A stretch of DNA of 64,000 nt from a virus (Duplodnaviria; Heunggongvirae; Uroviricota; Caudoviricetes; Straboviridae), in IMG/VR virus record IMGVR_UViG_638277085_000001, positions 163,399 to 227,398 of that record; one strand, 5' to 3'. Both the position numbers and the translations under genes were made by a program. The first letter of the stretch is position 1. Each line of letters opens with the position of its first letter. The notes beneath the pieces were generated by a model. It saw only the letters and a list, made by a program, of their open reading frames with translations, had not been told where the DNA came from and ran no database searches. This document shows positions 31,554-42,866 of this stretch, one piece after another.

Positions 31554-32429
31554 TTATTTAATCGGAGTTTGCACTGCGATTTTGTCAAGCATTTCGGTAG
31601 GTACGAATACCTTGTTGTTTGATTTCGCAAGCTCACGTAGAGTTTTTTGCTCTTCTAGGAAGCGTACGTTGTTGTTCATCAGCTTGTCAGCAACCAGTTT
31701 CTTGGTTTCTGCTTCGTACAGTTCGATTTCGCGTTGACGTTTTGAAACTTCTTCACGAGTCGCAATCTGTAGCAGGTCAAGTTTACGTTGTGCTTTTACA
31801 GTATCTTCTTGCTGACGACGTTCAGCCGATGCTTCTTGCGCAGCAGTAATCGTTTTAGGGTAAACTACGTCAGTAACACCCACGACTTTAAGAACGAATG
31901 GCGTATCTTTCAGTTCTTGATTAAGACGCTGTTTCACGAACTGGTTAAGCTTTTCACGGTTAGATGCGACTTCCGAAATGCTGTATTCAGCAATGATTGA
32001 CGGAATAATCGTGTTCAGTTTAGCTCGTGCATAACGAACGAACACATCTTGCTGTGAAATCACACCTAATTGATCAGTCTGCGATTTGAACGGCACCTTC
32101 GCAAAAACGAAGTTGTATTTCGCAGGATCGACCGCCATGGTCATTTCAACGTCGTACTTCAGCATTAGTTCGTCTTTCGGCATGAAAGTGTCAAACTTCA
32201 TTTCGTAGAAGCTGTCAGATACATCAAGCAGTACTAGACGATCTGGGTAGCGCCATGCCCAATCAAGACGGAACTTAGATGGTTGACGTGGCTCTTGAGT
32301 CAAATCGAAGCCGTCTTTAGTCTGAATCTTACCAACGAAGCCGGTTGGGATTTCAGCAGGAGTACCACAGCCAGTTAGTGCGAAGCCCAGTGCTGCTACT
32401 GAAAGAAGTTTAGCGATATTTTTAAACAT
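31554..32429 (-). CDS. Putative lipoprotein (signal peptide + lipobox LTGC) with a coiled-coil C-terminal region, possibly SPFH/band-7-like
   Basis: 291 aa. N-terminus MFKNIAKLLSVAALGFALTGC. Confidence 0.4.
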   Translation of the reverse strand: MFKNIAKLLSVAALGFALTGCGTPAEIPTGFVGKIQTKDGFDLTQEPRQPSKFRLDWAWRYPDRLVLLDVSDSFYEMKFDTFMPKDELMLKYDVEMTMAVDPAKYNFVFAKVPFKSQTDQLGVISQQDVFVRYARAKLNTIIPSIIAEYSISEVASNREKLNQFVKQRLNQELKDTPFVLKVVGVTDVVYPKTITAAQEASAERRQQEDTVKAQRKLDLLQIATREEVSKRQREIELYEAETKKLVADKLMNNNVRFLEEQKTLRELAKSNNKVFVPTEMLDKIAVQTPIK

Positions 32430-32583
32430 GTTTTGCTCTCTTAGTTAAGTTGACGATGTGAATGATACGTTGTGTAGTTCAGCATGTCAAGTTGTTTTTC
32501 ACAAATTTCTCATTTTGTTTGTGCGCTTCGTTGCGCTGAGGAGTACATAGTAGGCAAAACAAATACCCCTGTCAACACTTTTC

Positions 32584-32591
32584 TATAAATA
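32584..32591 (+). promoter_or_regulatory. T4 late promoter box TATAAATA upstream of gp25
   Basis: Exact TATAAATA 24 nt before the start codon at 32615. Confidence 0.6.
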
Positions 32592-32614
32592 AATTTAAAA
32601 TTCGGAGAAAATCT

Positions 32615-33034
32615 ATGGCAATTGCAGAGTTGAACACTCTAAAGCCAGGGAGTTACTACTTCAGTGACATCCCAGCAAATTTCGGCAAGAGTGTTGTAAA
32701 CAATGACTTGAGCGCATCATATGACTTGAAAGCAATACAAGAATCAATCATCGGAATCGTGAGTACAAAGAAAGGCGAGCGACCTTTCAATCCCGAATTC
32801 GGATGTGACATCAGCAATCAGCTATTTGAAAATATTTCGCCTGCAAGTGCGTTTGCAATCAAATACAGTATTGAGAACGCGATTTCTAAATGGGAACCGC
32901 GTGTGGTGATTCAAAAGATTGAAGTTCTACCGCTTTATGACAAGAACACATACGAAATTGTGGTTCAGTATCATCTACGCACCAACTTTGATCGACTGTT
33001 TGCGCTTAAAACAAGACTTGTGAATCGTCTTTAA
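32615..33034 (+). CDS. 25: Baseplate wedge protein gp25 (GPW/gp25 family)
   Basis: 139 aa (T4 is 132 aa). Directly upstream of the gp6-gp12 block. A late promoter precedes it. Confidence 0.55.
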   Translation: MAIAELNTLKPGSYYFSDIPANFGKSVVNNDLSASYDLKAIQESIIGIVSTKKGERPFNPEFGCDISNQLFENISPASAFAIKYSIENAISKWEPRVVIQKIEVLPLYDKNTYEIVVQYHLRTNFDRLFALKTRLVNRL

Positions 33035-33037
33035 TGA

Positions 33038-33066
33038 ACAGCCCGCCATTGTGCGGGCTTTTTTGT
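33038..33066 (+). terminator. Rho-independent terminator (cagcccgccattgtgcgggc + T6)
   Basis: Hairpin plus T-run after gp25. Confidence 0.6.
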
Positions 33067-33118
33067 GCATTAAATATAAGAAACGAAATTTACATAATTT
33101 TACCAACAGGGGAATAAC

Positions 33119-35077
33119 ATGACAACTAACTCGAATTTGCCTGTTAGTTCTGGCTCGTTTGAGACAATCAAACAAGACCTTATTCAATATCTGAAAGGTC
33201 AAGACGAGTTCAAGGATTACGACTTTAAAGGTAGTCGCCTGAACGTACTAACAGATTTGCTTGCATACAACACAATGTATCTTCAGCACTACTCGAATGC
33301 AGCACTATTCGAGGGATTTATTCGCACTGCACAGAAACACAGCAGTGTGGTTCAGCACGCTCAAGATATGGGTTATGCTCCAAGCTCTTTGTCGGCAGCA
33401 ACACATACTATCGGTATCAAAGCGTATCACGCTGAAAACCCAGTTGAGATCACATTAGGTACAGGTACTCGATTCAGCGCAGATGTTGATGGTGTTGATT
33501 ACTACAGCTACATCGTATGGGAACCTCATATTCTAATCGGTGCGAAACAAGACCCGCTTGATCCTGCGAGTCCCTTAGTGTATCAAGACCAGATTGATTT
33601 GGTTCAAGGAACACTAGGTCGCTATGAAACGATTTTCAGTGAAAGTGAGTCGATTACGATCAAAGACCCGGATTTAGACAGAAATTATGTTCGTGTGTTC
33701 GTAGATAATGCAGAATGGACTAACTGGACTGACAAATCAATCGTGAACGTAACTGGTGGCTCGAATGTATTCTATCTTCGCGAAACAGTAGACGGGTACA
33801 CTGAGGTTTACTTCGGCGAGGGTGTTCTGACTGATTTTACCGAGAACGCAGGTGCATACAATCCCGGTTATATCGGTGGTTTGCGACCAATTGAAGGTCA
33901 GCGCATTCGTGTTCAATACGTGAAAACATCGGGACCGCTTGCGAACGGTTCACAACGTTTCACATGGGCAGATGACATCCCGAATTTCCAATTGGATGAC
34001 AAGAACATCGACGACAATCCGAATAACGATGAGAACTTCGTGGGATCTATCGGCGGTGGCTATGCTGAAGGCACAGAACGTATTAGAGAACTCGCACCGA
34101 TTTTCCGCGAGTCGCAACGTCGATGCGTGACTAAACTTGACTATGAAACGTTCGTTTCTCAGAAGTTCGGTAATATCGTTCAGGCTGTTCAAGCGTTCGG
34201 TAGCTCAGACAAGCCGGGATATGTGTTCATTTCGATTAAACCGAAAAGCGGATTGACTCTGCCTCAAGTTGCTCGTAATGACATCGAAGAATATCTGAAA
34301 GAATTTAATATTGTAACAGTAACACCTAAAGTTGTTGACCCAGATTACTTGTACATCAAGCACAATCTGAGAATCAACTACCGTACCGGTTCATTGGCTG
34401 AGGGTGCTGACTATCTGAAAGCTCAGATCATCAATGCGATTTCAGATTACTACTACAATGAAGTGGAGATTTTCAACGCATCGTTTCACGTGTCAAAGAT
34501 GTTGAGCTACGTAGATGACGCGCACCCGTCTATTCTAGGTTCACGCTGTGACATCAGCTTGATTCGCGAATTGACCAACTTTGCACAAACTCCTATGAGT
34601 GGCTACAGTTTCTTGAACCCAATTACACCAGCAACTGTGAAGTCCGAAGACATCACGTTTACCCCGGGTAATTACAAAGTTCAAATGAGAACAACTGAAG
34701 CTCGTACTGCGCCGACACAAGAAGATATTGGTACAATTCTATTGGGTCCATTTGCAGCAGGTGACATCACAGCGCCAGTTGACCCAGAGACTGGCTTGCC
34801 AACTGGCGCATACACAGACAACGACTTTGATCGCGAAGTAATTGGCGGTCGCAGTCTATATTACCGTGTAGGTACAATTAACTACGCATCAGGCATGATG
34901 GACTATGACTTCATCAACTTGGGTATCAACTCATCAGATTGGGATGTTACTGGCAACCTGATCGTGTCAGCAACGCCAACACGTGTGAATATATACACAG
35001 ATGACGGTAGCTTGATTGTATATGAGAACGAGCTGCGTCCTCAATACACAGACATCGTCCTAGAGGGTATTTCTTAA
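33119..35077 (+). CDS. 6: Baseplate wedge protein gp6
   Basis: 652 aa (T4 is 660 aa). First of the gp6-7-8-9-10-11-12 syntenic series. Confidence 0.6.
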   Translation: MTTNSNLPVSSGSFETIKQDLIQYLKGQDEFKDYDFKGSRLNVLTDLLAYNTMYLQHYSNAALFEGFIRTAQKHSSVVQHAQDMGYAPSSLSAATHTIGIKAYHAENPVEITLGTGTRFSADVDGVDYYSYIVWEPHILIGAKQDPLDPASPLVYQDQIDLVQGTLGRYETIFSESESITIKDPDLDRNYVRVFVDNAEWTNWTDKSIVNVTGGSNVFYLRETVDGYTEVYFGEGVLTDFTENAGAYNPGYIGGLRPIEGQRIRVQYVKTSGPLANGSQRFTWADDIPNFQLDDKNIDDNPNNDENFVGSIGGGYAEGTERIRELAPIFRESQRRCVTKLDYETFVSQKFGNIVQAVQAFGSSDKPGYVFISIKPKSGLTLPQVARNDIEEYLKEFNIVTVTPKVVDPDYLYIKHNLRINYRTGSLAEGADYLKAQIINAISDYYYNEVEIFNASFHVSKMLSYVDDAHPSILGSRCDISLIRELTNFAQTPMSGYSFLNPITPATVKSEDITFTPGNYKVQMRTTEARTAPTQEDIGTILLGPFAAGDITAPVDPETGLPTGAYTDNDFDREVIGGRSLYYRVGTINYASGMMDYDFINLGINSSDWDVTGNLIVSATPTRVNIYTDDGSLIVYENELRPQYTDIVLEGIS

Positions 35078-38000
35078 TGGCAAATGTATTACAGGCACCG
35101 CCAATTATGGAAGTGTCGATTAACAAATTGACACGAAACTATGCTGAACTTTCGTGGACAACCGTGGGTGAGAATTTCCGTTATGAAATTCACGTGCGCT
35201 CGGCGGTCAGTGCTGAACTGCTTTTAACGCAGCCTTTCGCGCCGTTATACCCAAACCCGTTCACGGCTGAAACACGTCTGTTTACAAACATTAACGAATC
35301 AGTGCGCTACTATCAGTGGCGCATTCGTTCAGTTTATCAAGGATTTAATCCGAGTGAATGGATTCAGTCAGACATCGGTTACACGTCTGAAACAAACGAT
35401 TACGATATTGTCACGCAAGACGAATTCACGCCTGCTAGTTCATTTATAGAAGCGCGTCTTAACAACGATAACGTTCAGTATCTTAACAGCCGCAACCAGT
35501 TGCAAGCAACCTTAGTAAGACCAGGGTTTGAATTTGACCCAAATATGTTCAATGCTGATTCAGCCGCGTATTGGTTCGTTACTAACCCAGGATTTAGCGC
35601 AAATTACGGGAAAGTGCCGTCAGTTTGTCAGAGCAATAGTCGAGTGATCCCGTCGGTGATCGACGATGTGATATATGCATTCGAGCGTTGGCAACAAGTT
35701 TGTAAAGTATCAAACGACGGTGGGAAAACATGGCAGACATACAAGGCAACCAACTCGCGTCTAGGTAGCCCTGTGTACGACTGTATCTGTAAGCAGTCTA
35801 ACACGTTTAGTTATCTTCTAGGGTACGATTACCTTATTCAGGGCGTTTCGTCTACTGACGTTGATTACTCGCATGATAACGGACTGGAATACTCACACGC
35901 TTCGGTTGATCTTACGTTCGATAAACTAGACTTTGACTTGGGTTTTGGTTTTGATGTTGAGCGTTTCAAAGATCTTGCTATTTTACCACCACAAGTGCGT
36001 CATAAAGCAGATGCGTTCGGGGTTGATGATGTAATGACCGTTGTAACATACGGAAACACATACGTATGGCACAACAATAGAATCCCGCGTATTTTCGACA
36101 ACGTTCAATCTGACCTATACGGTGAACGTATTTTCGAAACAGTAGGTGAGCTTGACAATGAGCCGGTCTATTTCGAAGCTCGTATTGTTCAGAACGATAT
36201 TAGTCGCCCAGATTTCGACGAAAATACTGCCGATGTTTGCGTGAAAAAGATTCAGTACTTTGATGATCCTGAGCAAGGTCTTGATTATCAAGATGGTCAC
36301 ATGTATGCGCTGGTTATAGGTGAGTGGGAGCATGATAGTAACGGCAAACGAATCGGAACTTCTGATCCAAATGAGATTCGCGGCGTATATCGTCTGAATC
36401 GCACCGCTATCATGAACGGCGACATCGTTGTAGGCTATTCAGGTCTATCTTGGGAGCGCGTATACGGTAATATTGCTGAAGAGCGTTTGCTGCTAAACGA
36501 ACGTTCGGTTATTTCTCGCGATAACACTCATCTAATCGTTGGGCATGACTTGACAAAGAACTATGGTGAAGAAGGCAACCCTGCTTATGATAATCGTCAA
36601 GAATCTAGCGGCGCGCCTGGCAACTATCACTCAACTCTCGGTAGCAATTACGGCACAGTCGATGACCCGTACCTAGTTGCAGACAACGATGAAGTTGACG
36701 AAGCAGTTCGCATGTTTACTAAGCCGTTCTTTACGACTTATGTTAAGCCGATGACTCAGATTATCGCAACGAAAGACGGGAATACGTGGGATTATAAGCC
36801 ACAAGATTACTACGGTTCAGCGCACTTTAACTGGATGCAGCGTGCAGAAACGCGAGATTGGAAATCGTGGGCAAACGAAATCATGTACTACAAGAAAGAG
36901 TCTATCTTCCGCCATGATTTTGCTGATCTTGATGATGTTCGTTGGAAAGAAACGTTTAACGAAGGCGAATACACATTTGAAGCACCGAACTTATCTATTT
37001 TCGGTTTCAATGGGTATGCGGCAGGTGCAATCATTCACTCAAAGAATGATAACAAAGTGATTGGTTACTACAAGTTCCCTTATCGCGTTGACATCACCGC
37101 ACCGATTCGTTGGTCGCCAGAGCGTCGTGTGATAACTGCTAGTCTGTCAAATTACACACCTGTAATCATCGAGCCGCCAGCAGAAGATCCAACGACTATG
37201 CTCGATCCTACGTTGACGCCACTGATTTACAAAATGATGCCAGAAAACTACTTAGATGCAGACGGATTTTACAAGCAATTCGCGAAGCACTACTTGGATT
37301 TCATCAGTAAAGGCGACGGAACAGCGTATAATAACGTGTACAACTTGCTGAACAGCAAAAACCCGTTAGATGACCATTACACTGAATACTTGCACAAGCT
37401 TGTATATGAGCGAAATCGTATCTTAGAGCCAGAGAAGCGCGACGCAGTTGTTAAGTTCTTCTTAGCACGCAGAGCAGACTTTTACAGCACGAAGGGTATT
37501 TTGGACTCATACAAGTTTCTGTTCAAGTTACTGTACAACGAAGATGTTGAAGTTGAGATTGAATCGCTTAACACATTTGAGTATGCAATTGTGGTGAATT
37601 CAAATGATGTAACAGATGATATTGTCGGTCGACGTATCTACTCAGGTACAGGCAATGCGGATGTTACGTATATCTCTAGACATTACATTGAGGGTAAACG
37701 TTACTGGAAATTGACGTTGAACAACTTAATCGGTGAATTGAACATCGGTGATGTTTTGTCAATTGACGGTCTGGATTTTACCGCTACCGCGATCACTCGC
37801 GTACAAGGTGAACGAATCGACTACGACTCAAACGAGTTCTTAGATCGAAGCAAGTCATACTACGTGATGAAATTGCGTTCTGAAATGCAATTGAGTCAGT
37901 ACAAAGATGATGTAATTCGATTTGTGCATCCAATTGGATTTGGGTTTTTGGGTATTACGCTACTAACCGTACTGATCAATCATGGTATCTCAGTAGAGCA

Positions 38001-38574
38001 CCATGAAACAATCGTTGATTCGTATCGTTTGATTAGATACGACAATGGTATCGGTCTAAACTTCACAGAAGAAACGTCATTACTTGACATGTATGAAGAG
38101 CGTGTTTACAACTCGTTCGGTGAGCTTCAAGTGAAGCCGCATCCGTTAGCTCTTGAAAATCCGTTAGACCATGTGATTCATGATCGTATTCTGAACACGC
38201 AAGGCGTGACAATCACAGAATACAACGACTACTGGCGTAATGATCGCGTAATCGCCCTTGACGAATCGGTTGCGATTGATGAGCAACGATATATAGAGAC
38301 AGATACGGGTGATATTAATGACATTTGGGGTGGGAAACAGCGCGTTCTTAACCCGAATTACAACCCAACTGCGAAAATTCAACCAGCAGACGCGAACAAC
38401 TCAGAGCAATGGGGAATGACGCCGTACGAACGTGCGCCTGCATTCATGTTTGACTGGTCGACAGGGGCAACGAGTATTTCAGATATGTACGAGGATACTG
38501 ACTACAGACTGAAAGACAACGTAGGTAACCCATACGACCCAGAAACGCCGACTCAAAAACAAATAGGTGAATAA
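35077..38574 (+). CDS. 7: Baseplate wedge protein gp7
   Basis: 1165 aa (T4 is 1032 aa). Synteny. Confidence 0.55.
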   Translation: MANVLQAPPIMEVSINKLTRNYAELSWTTVGENFRYEIHVRSAVSAELLLTQPFAPLYPNPFTAETRLFTNINESVRYYQWRIRSVYQGFNPSEWIQSDIGYTSETNDYDIVTQDEFTPASSFIEARLNNDNVQYLNSRNQLQATLVRPGFEFDPNMFNADSAAYWFVTNPGFSANYGKVPSVCQSNSRVIPSVIDDVIYAFERWQQVCKVSNDGGKTWQTYKATNSRLGSPVYDCICKQSNTFSYLLGYDYLIQGVSSTDVDYSHDNGLEYSHASVDLTFDKLDFDLGFGFDVERFKDLAILPPQVRHKADAFGVDDVMTVVTYGNTYVWHNNRIPRIFDNVQSDLYGERIFETVGELDNEPVYFEARIVQNDISRPDFDENTADVCVKKIQYFDDPEQGLDYQDGHMYALVIGEWEHDSNGKRIGTSDPNEIRGVYRLNRTAIMNGDIVVGYSGLSWERVYGNIAEERLLLNERSVISRDNTHLIVGHDLTKNYGEEGNPAYDNRQESSGAPGNYHSTLGSNYGTVDDPYLVADNDEVDEAVRMFTKPFFTTYVKPMTQIIATKDGNTWDYKPQDYYGSAHFNWMQRAETRDWKSWANEIMYYKKESIFRHDFADLDDVRWKETFNEGEYTFEAPNLSIFGFNGYAAGAIIHSKNDNKVIGYYKFPYRVDITAPIRWSPERRVITASLSNYTPVIIEPPAEDPTTMLDPTLTPLIYKMMPENYLDADGFYKQFAKHYLDFISKGDGTAYNNVYNLLNSKNPLDDHYTEYLHKLVYERNRILEPEKRDAVVKFFLARRADFYSTKGILDSYKFLFKLLYNEDVEVEIESLNTFEYAIVVNSNDVTDDIVGRRIYSGTGNADVTYISRHYIEGKRYWKLTLNNLIGELNIGDVLSIDGLDFTATAITRVQGERIDYDSNEFLDRSKSYYVMKLRSEMQLSQYKDDVIRFVHPIGFGFLGITLLTVLINHGISVEHHETIVDSYRLIRYDNGIGLNFTEETSLLDMYEERVYNSFGELQVKPHPLALENPLDHVIHDRILNTQGVTITEYNDYWRNDRVIALDESVAIDEQRYIETDTGDINDIWGGKQRVLNPNYNPTAKIQPADANNSEQWGMTPYERAPAFMFDWSTGATSISDMYEDTDYRLKDNVGNPYDPETPTQKQIGE

Positions 38575-39598
38575 AGTGGCAAAAATTTACAGATCAACAA
38601 TCACAACAGAATATCGAGTTAACAACTTGATGAACTTCTACGAAAACGTAGGTGATGAAGACGACAAGAACACAATTTACCTTATGTTCGGTCGTAATGA
38701 GCCTTGGTCAGATCGCGAAGATGAAATAAACTTCGCGCCACCTTACCCGAACGACAGCCCAGACGGAAAAGCCGACGTTTGGGCGCGTGCGCTCGGTCTG
38801 ATCAAGATTCCAAAATCACAGCTTCGCCCTGTTCTTCCTCGTAAGGACTGGGGCGACCCTGATTTGAATAACTCGCTTCGATTCACATTCGGTGATATTG
38901 TAACAGTTAACACTATGCCGATCAATAGTCACCCAAGTGCATTGAACGGCTACATGGTTTATCGTTGCATAGACATCCCAGAAACAGACCCGAACAACAC
39001 AAACATTCGCGGTACGTGTTCGATTGCGACAGTAACGAACAAAAATGACTGTGTAGCAGTCGGCGGTGAATGGAATGCACCGTCATCACCAGGTAACCAA
39101 GAAAACATCCCACACGGCACAGGGAATGCAATCGAAACAGGTGATGGGTACGTATGGGAATATCTTTACACTATTCCACCGAGTGAAGTTCTTACGAACG
39201 TAACTCAAGAATACATCGTTTGCCCGTTCCCTGAAGACATTATCGCTGATCGTGTTGCATGGGGTCTAGATCAGAACATCGTTTTCAATGAAAACTACGA
39301 TGAGACGATTTACAGTGTAGGCGCAGTGCAGTTGCGTTTTCGAGCTAAACTAGCAGGTGCAGACTTCATTCACTTGTTTGGTCCCGGCAATCAGGGCTAT
39401 CGCCAGATTTCGCTGGTTCAAAACCCGTTGCTAGTTCGAGAAGAAGGCGCAACGTCGGATACGAAAGCGACTGAAACACGTTATGACCCACACGAGATTC
39501 AAGCAGGGACTGGTCAGATAATTTACATGGAAAATCGCCAGCCGATTCGTAAAACACTTGACCAAGTAGAAGAGTTCAACTTGATCTACAACTTCTAA
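38567..39598 (+). CDS. 8: Baseplate wedge protein gp8
   Basis: 343 aa (T4 is 334 aa). Synteny. Confidence 0.5.
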   Translation: MNKVAKIYRSTITTEYRVNNLMNFYENVGDEDDKNTIYLMFGRNEPWSDREDEINFAPPYPNDSPDGKADVWARALGLIKIPKSQLRPVLPRKDWGDPDLNNSLRFTFGDIVTVNTMPINSHPSALNGYMVYRCIDIPETDPNNTNIRGTCSIATVTNKNDCVAVGGEWNAPSSPGNQENIPHGTGNAIETGDGYVWEYLYTIPPSEVLTNVTQEYIVCPFPEDIIADRVAWGLDQNIVFNENYDETIYSVGAVQLRFRAKLAGADFIHLFGPGNQGYRQISLVQNPLLVREEGATSDTKATETRYDPHEIQAGTGQIIYMENRQPIRKTLDQVEEFNLIYNF

Positions 39599-39620
39599 TA
39601 AATAAAGTAAACAACTCATT

Positions 39621-39643
39621 AGGCGCGTGTTCGCGCCTTTCTT
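39621..39643 (+). terminator. Hairpin/terminator between gp8 and gp9 (aggcgcgtgttcgcgcct + ttctt)
   Basis: 7-bp GC stem followed by a U-rich tract. Confidence 0.4.
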
Positions 39644-39653
39644 GGAGATTAAG

Positions 39654-40610
39654 ATGGGACGACAAAGATTAGAAACTGGTACTGCGGGTTCGGTTGGTAC
39701 TGGTGATACAATTCACAACGGTGGTAATAAGCTGCGTGACAACTCTGACGAGTTCTACCACATTAACGCAGACTTTGAACTAACTGAAGCAGGTGAAAAC
39801 TATATCCCTGCTTACAATGACACGTCGCCACGCCCTTTTGCAGGTGGCTATTGGCAGAGAATTCCGCCAAGCTCAACTGCGGGTGGTTCAGGTGGTCCGA
39901 ACAACACTAACTTGCTAACATCAATCATTACTGGTGGTAAGTATGACATTGACACGTCAGCACTAGGCGGCGGGGCATCAATGACATTAAACTTGCCGAA
40001 AATCGGTACAACAGCGGGTATGGCAAAGCGCGGTGAGAGAATTGAATTTCAAAACACGACTGCGACTCTAGACACAAACCCGATTGTTATCGCACCATCA
40101 GCAGGTGATGCAATTGTTGGTGCGACTGAACTAAACGGCACACAAATCGTTCGTAACAATTACTGCCACATAATCTGTACAGTAATTGATGATGGTACTG
40201 GTCTAGCAGGCACACCTCAGTGGGGTATTAAAATCATCCCAATTTTAGGTGACTTCGGTGCGCCAGTTAACGACACGATTTACACAATCCCAGAGACAGT
40301 GACAGTCACAATGCCGCTATTTGATACTTTATCGTATGCAGCGTGTAAGTTGATGGTTTACGCAGAAAACAGCGACCCAGCTCAGGGTGGTGCGGTTACT
40401 CGTCGTATGTCATCAGAATTGTTGCTGCTAAATAATGTAACAGACGTTTATATTGATGAATACTCAGTAATCAATACAGACAAAGATTTCGGTAACTTGG
40501 TTCTAATTGAACCGCGAGTTGATAACGGAACAATCGTTCTCGATATTACATCAAATGACGATAACGTGTCAATTTCAATCAAATCTATCGAAACAATCAG
40601 ACTATCGTAA
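39654..40610 (+). CDS. 9: Baseplate wedge / long-tail-fibre connector gp9 (start at MGRQRL with a GGAGA RBS)
   Basis: 318 aa (T4 is 288 aa). Synteny. Confidence 0.5.
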   Translation: MGRQRLETGTAGSVGTGDTIHNGGNKLRDNSDEFYHINADFELTEAGENYIPAYNDTSPRPFAGGYWQRIPPSSTAGGSGGPNNTNLLTSIITGGKYDIDTSALGGGASMTLNLPKIGTTAGMAKRGERIEFQNTTATLDTNPIVIAPSAGDAIVGATELNGTQIVRNNYCHIICTVIDDGTGLAGTPQWGIKIIPILGDFGAPVNDTIYTIPETVTVTMPLFDTLSYAACKLMVYAENSDPAQGGAVTRRMSSELLLLNNVTDVYIDEYSVINTDKDFGNLVLIEPRVDNGTIVLDITSNDDNVSISIKSIETIRLS

Positions 40611-40619
40611 GGGACAATA

Positions 40620-42866
40620 ATGAAACAGACGATCAACGTCGGGCAAATTGTTGATGACGGTACTGGTGATTACCTACGACAAGGTGGCATTAAGACCCGT
40701 GACAATTTCGACGAAATATACAGTCACTTAGGCGACGGTAGCAGACTCTATGCTGCCGGTGCTTGGCGCAATTGGAAATTTGCTTCTACATATCTAAACG
40801 GTGATACATCGTACAACCCTGCTAACGCTGAACTGTATTTCGACGAGAACGGCGATGGTCAGGGTCCTGAACTACATACGAATTTCGGCGAGTCATGGAC
40901 AGTCGATACGTCGCTTGGTGCAGTCGATGTGTATCTCCCAAGTGGTGTTGAAGAAGCAGACTACGGTAAAGCGATTCGCGTTCGTGATGTTAAGGGTACA
41001 TGGGACAAACAGCTTGTAACAATATACCCAGATTCGAAAGACTCAATCAAACGTGTTGCAGGTTCAACTCAGAACGAACTAGGCTCAGGTGCTGAATTCA
41101 GCAACGCATATCAAGATCTTGAGCTAGTGTTTACGCCACCCCGCCATTGGGAATATGTTGCTCAGAAATACGTAAACGGGCTGACATTTGGCGATGTTCC
41201 GAGCGTATTACGTCGTGCAATTATTGCACGTCAAGATCAGCGTGATTTCAACATGTCACTTGAATTGAATGGTGGCGTGTACAACCAAGCTGCGGTTGAA
41301 GTATATCGCCGCGGTAACTTGCTGTACTTCGGAAACGACCTGAATGACTTCAGTGACTACGGCTCAGTTCCGCTTCACACAGTCGAACCGTGGGTTGCTA
41401 ATAACCCTGAAACGTATTACGTAGGTGACTTAGTTCGAGGGGACGTGGTTACAGGTCGTGATGACCGAGTATGGCAGTGTATTGTTGAACACAACAGCAT
41501 CGGTACGTGGGAAGAGAACAACTGGGCAGAATTTGCAGATTTTCCTGATTATCAACCACATGCAGGTTCAACTGCATATTCAGTAGGTGATGTGGTTACT
41601 CAAGTTGTAGGCGGTTTTGTTCAAACATTTGAATGCTTGATTTCACACACATCAGCGGCGGGTACAACTGACTTAACTACTGATAATCGCTGGAAGCAAT
41701 TGACAAATGACGACTTAGCACCACTTGATGGTCGTACAATCCGTCTTCGATTGCCTGCAAATGAAGCAGACCCGGTCGCAATGGTCACTTATTTGAGTGA
41801 CGTATCGAGCTTCCGTAGCAGTTATGTTCTGAAGTCAATCAAAGTGATTGATGAAAATAACTATGGCGTTCAAGAATCACCGGGCGCGGTTGTTAAAAAA
41901 GATTTCGTACCGGGAATGCAAGTTACACTATCAGATTTTGGTCTTCCTGAATATACTCAGTTCAATACAGAAACTCTTGAAGTTCTCCTGAACGGTACTC
42001 AGTTGACAAAATCAAACACTGCGGGTAATGGTGACAGTCAGAACGGCGGTGATTATGATTATGACTACATTCAAGATGCTGAAGGGCGCTGGAATACAAT
42101 CGTGTTTGCAGAAGCATTAGCTGATAGTGATGTAATCACAGTCAGATGGTACGATAACGTAATCGGAACGCTTTTGACGTGGGATGAAGGCGATGACAAC
42201 TTGCAAGAGCGTACACGTGAGATTTTCGTTTCTCGTGACGACTGGGCAGACGTTCGTCGATTCAACAAGATCATTTACACTGATCCACAAAACCCGTCTG
42301 CGGCTGTTACTGAAGTTCTACCGGACCCAGAGACATTTGCACCGGGCGGAACGCTAGTTTCGTTATTTGAAAGTATCTTCCCGATTGGCTCAGTGTATAC
42401 GAATGCAAACAACCCGAACAACCCCGCCGATTACATGGGATTCGGTACTTGGGTTCGCTATGCGCCAGGTCGTACAATCGTGGGATGGAACCCAAATGAT
42501 GATGGGAAATTCCATCGAAACAATAACAACGAAAACATTGTTCAAGCAGGTGGTACAGGCGGTTCGATTGGTGTGACTCTTACTAAAGAGAACATCCCTG
42601 AGCTAATAAGTACAACAAACCCTGACTACAACAGTGAAGGCGAACGCGACATTGGAAATGTCAACGAGCAATATAGCTTAGTTGCGCGTTCAGCAACATC
42701 GGGTGGTGACATTAACTTGAACGGCTGTCTTGGTGATCCAGAGAACACAGTTCCTCTAGCTTACTACAAAGAAGAGCCAATCAAAGTCAACCACGGTCAA
42801 ATCGCACAAGCAGTTGACGTAACTCAGCCATACATCACTGCATACACTTGGTTAAGGACTGCATAA
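40620..42866 (+). CDS. 10: Baseplate wedge protein gp10
   Basis: 748 aa (T4 is 602 aa). Synteny. Confidence 0.5.
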   Translation: MKQTINVGQIVDDGTGDYLRQGGIKTRDNFDEIYSHLGDGSRLYAAGAWRNWKFASTYLNGDTSYNPANAELYFDENGDGQGPELHTNFGESWTVDTSLGAVDVYLPSGVEEADYGKAIRVRDVKGTWDKQLVTIYPDSKDSIKRVAGSTQNELGSGAEFSNAYQDLELVFTPPRHWEYVAQKYVNGLTFGDVPSVLRRAIIARQDQRDFNMSLELNGGVYNQAAVEVYRRGNLLYFGNDLNDFSDYGSVPLHTVEPWVANNPETYYVGDLVRGDVVTGRDDRVWQCIVEHNSIGTWEENNWAEFADFPDYQPHAGSTAYSVGDVVTQVVGGFVQTFECLISHTSAAGTTDLTTDNRWKQLTNDDLAPLDGRTIRLRLPANEADPVAMVTYLSDVSSFRSSYVLKSIKVIDENNYGVQESPGAVVKKDFVPGMQVTLSDFGLPEYTQFNTETLEVLLNGTQLTKSNTAGNGDSQNGGDYDYDYIQDAEGRWNTIVFAEALADSDVITVRWYDNVIGTLLTWDEGDDNLQERTREIFVSRDDWADVRRFNKIIYTDPQNPSAAVTEVLPDPETFAPGGTLVSLFESIFPIGSVYTNANNPNNPADYMGFGTWVRYAPGRTIVGWNPNDDGKFHRNNNNENIVQAGGTGGSIGVTLTKENIPELISTTNPDYNSEGERDIGNVNEQYSLVARSATSGGDINLNGCLGDPENTVPLAYYKEEPIKVNHGQIAQAVDVTQPYITAYTWLRTA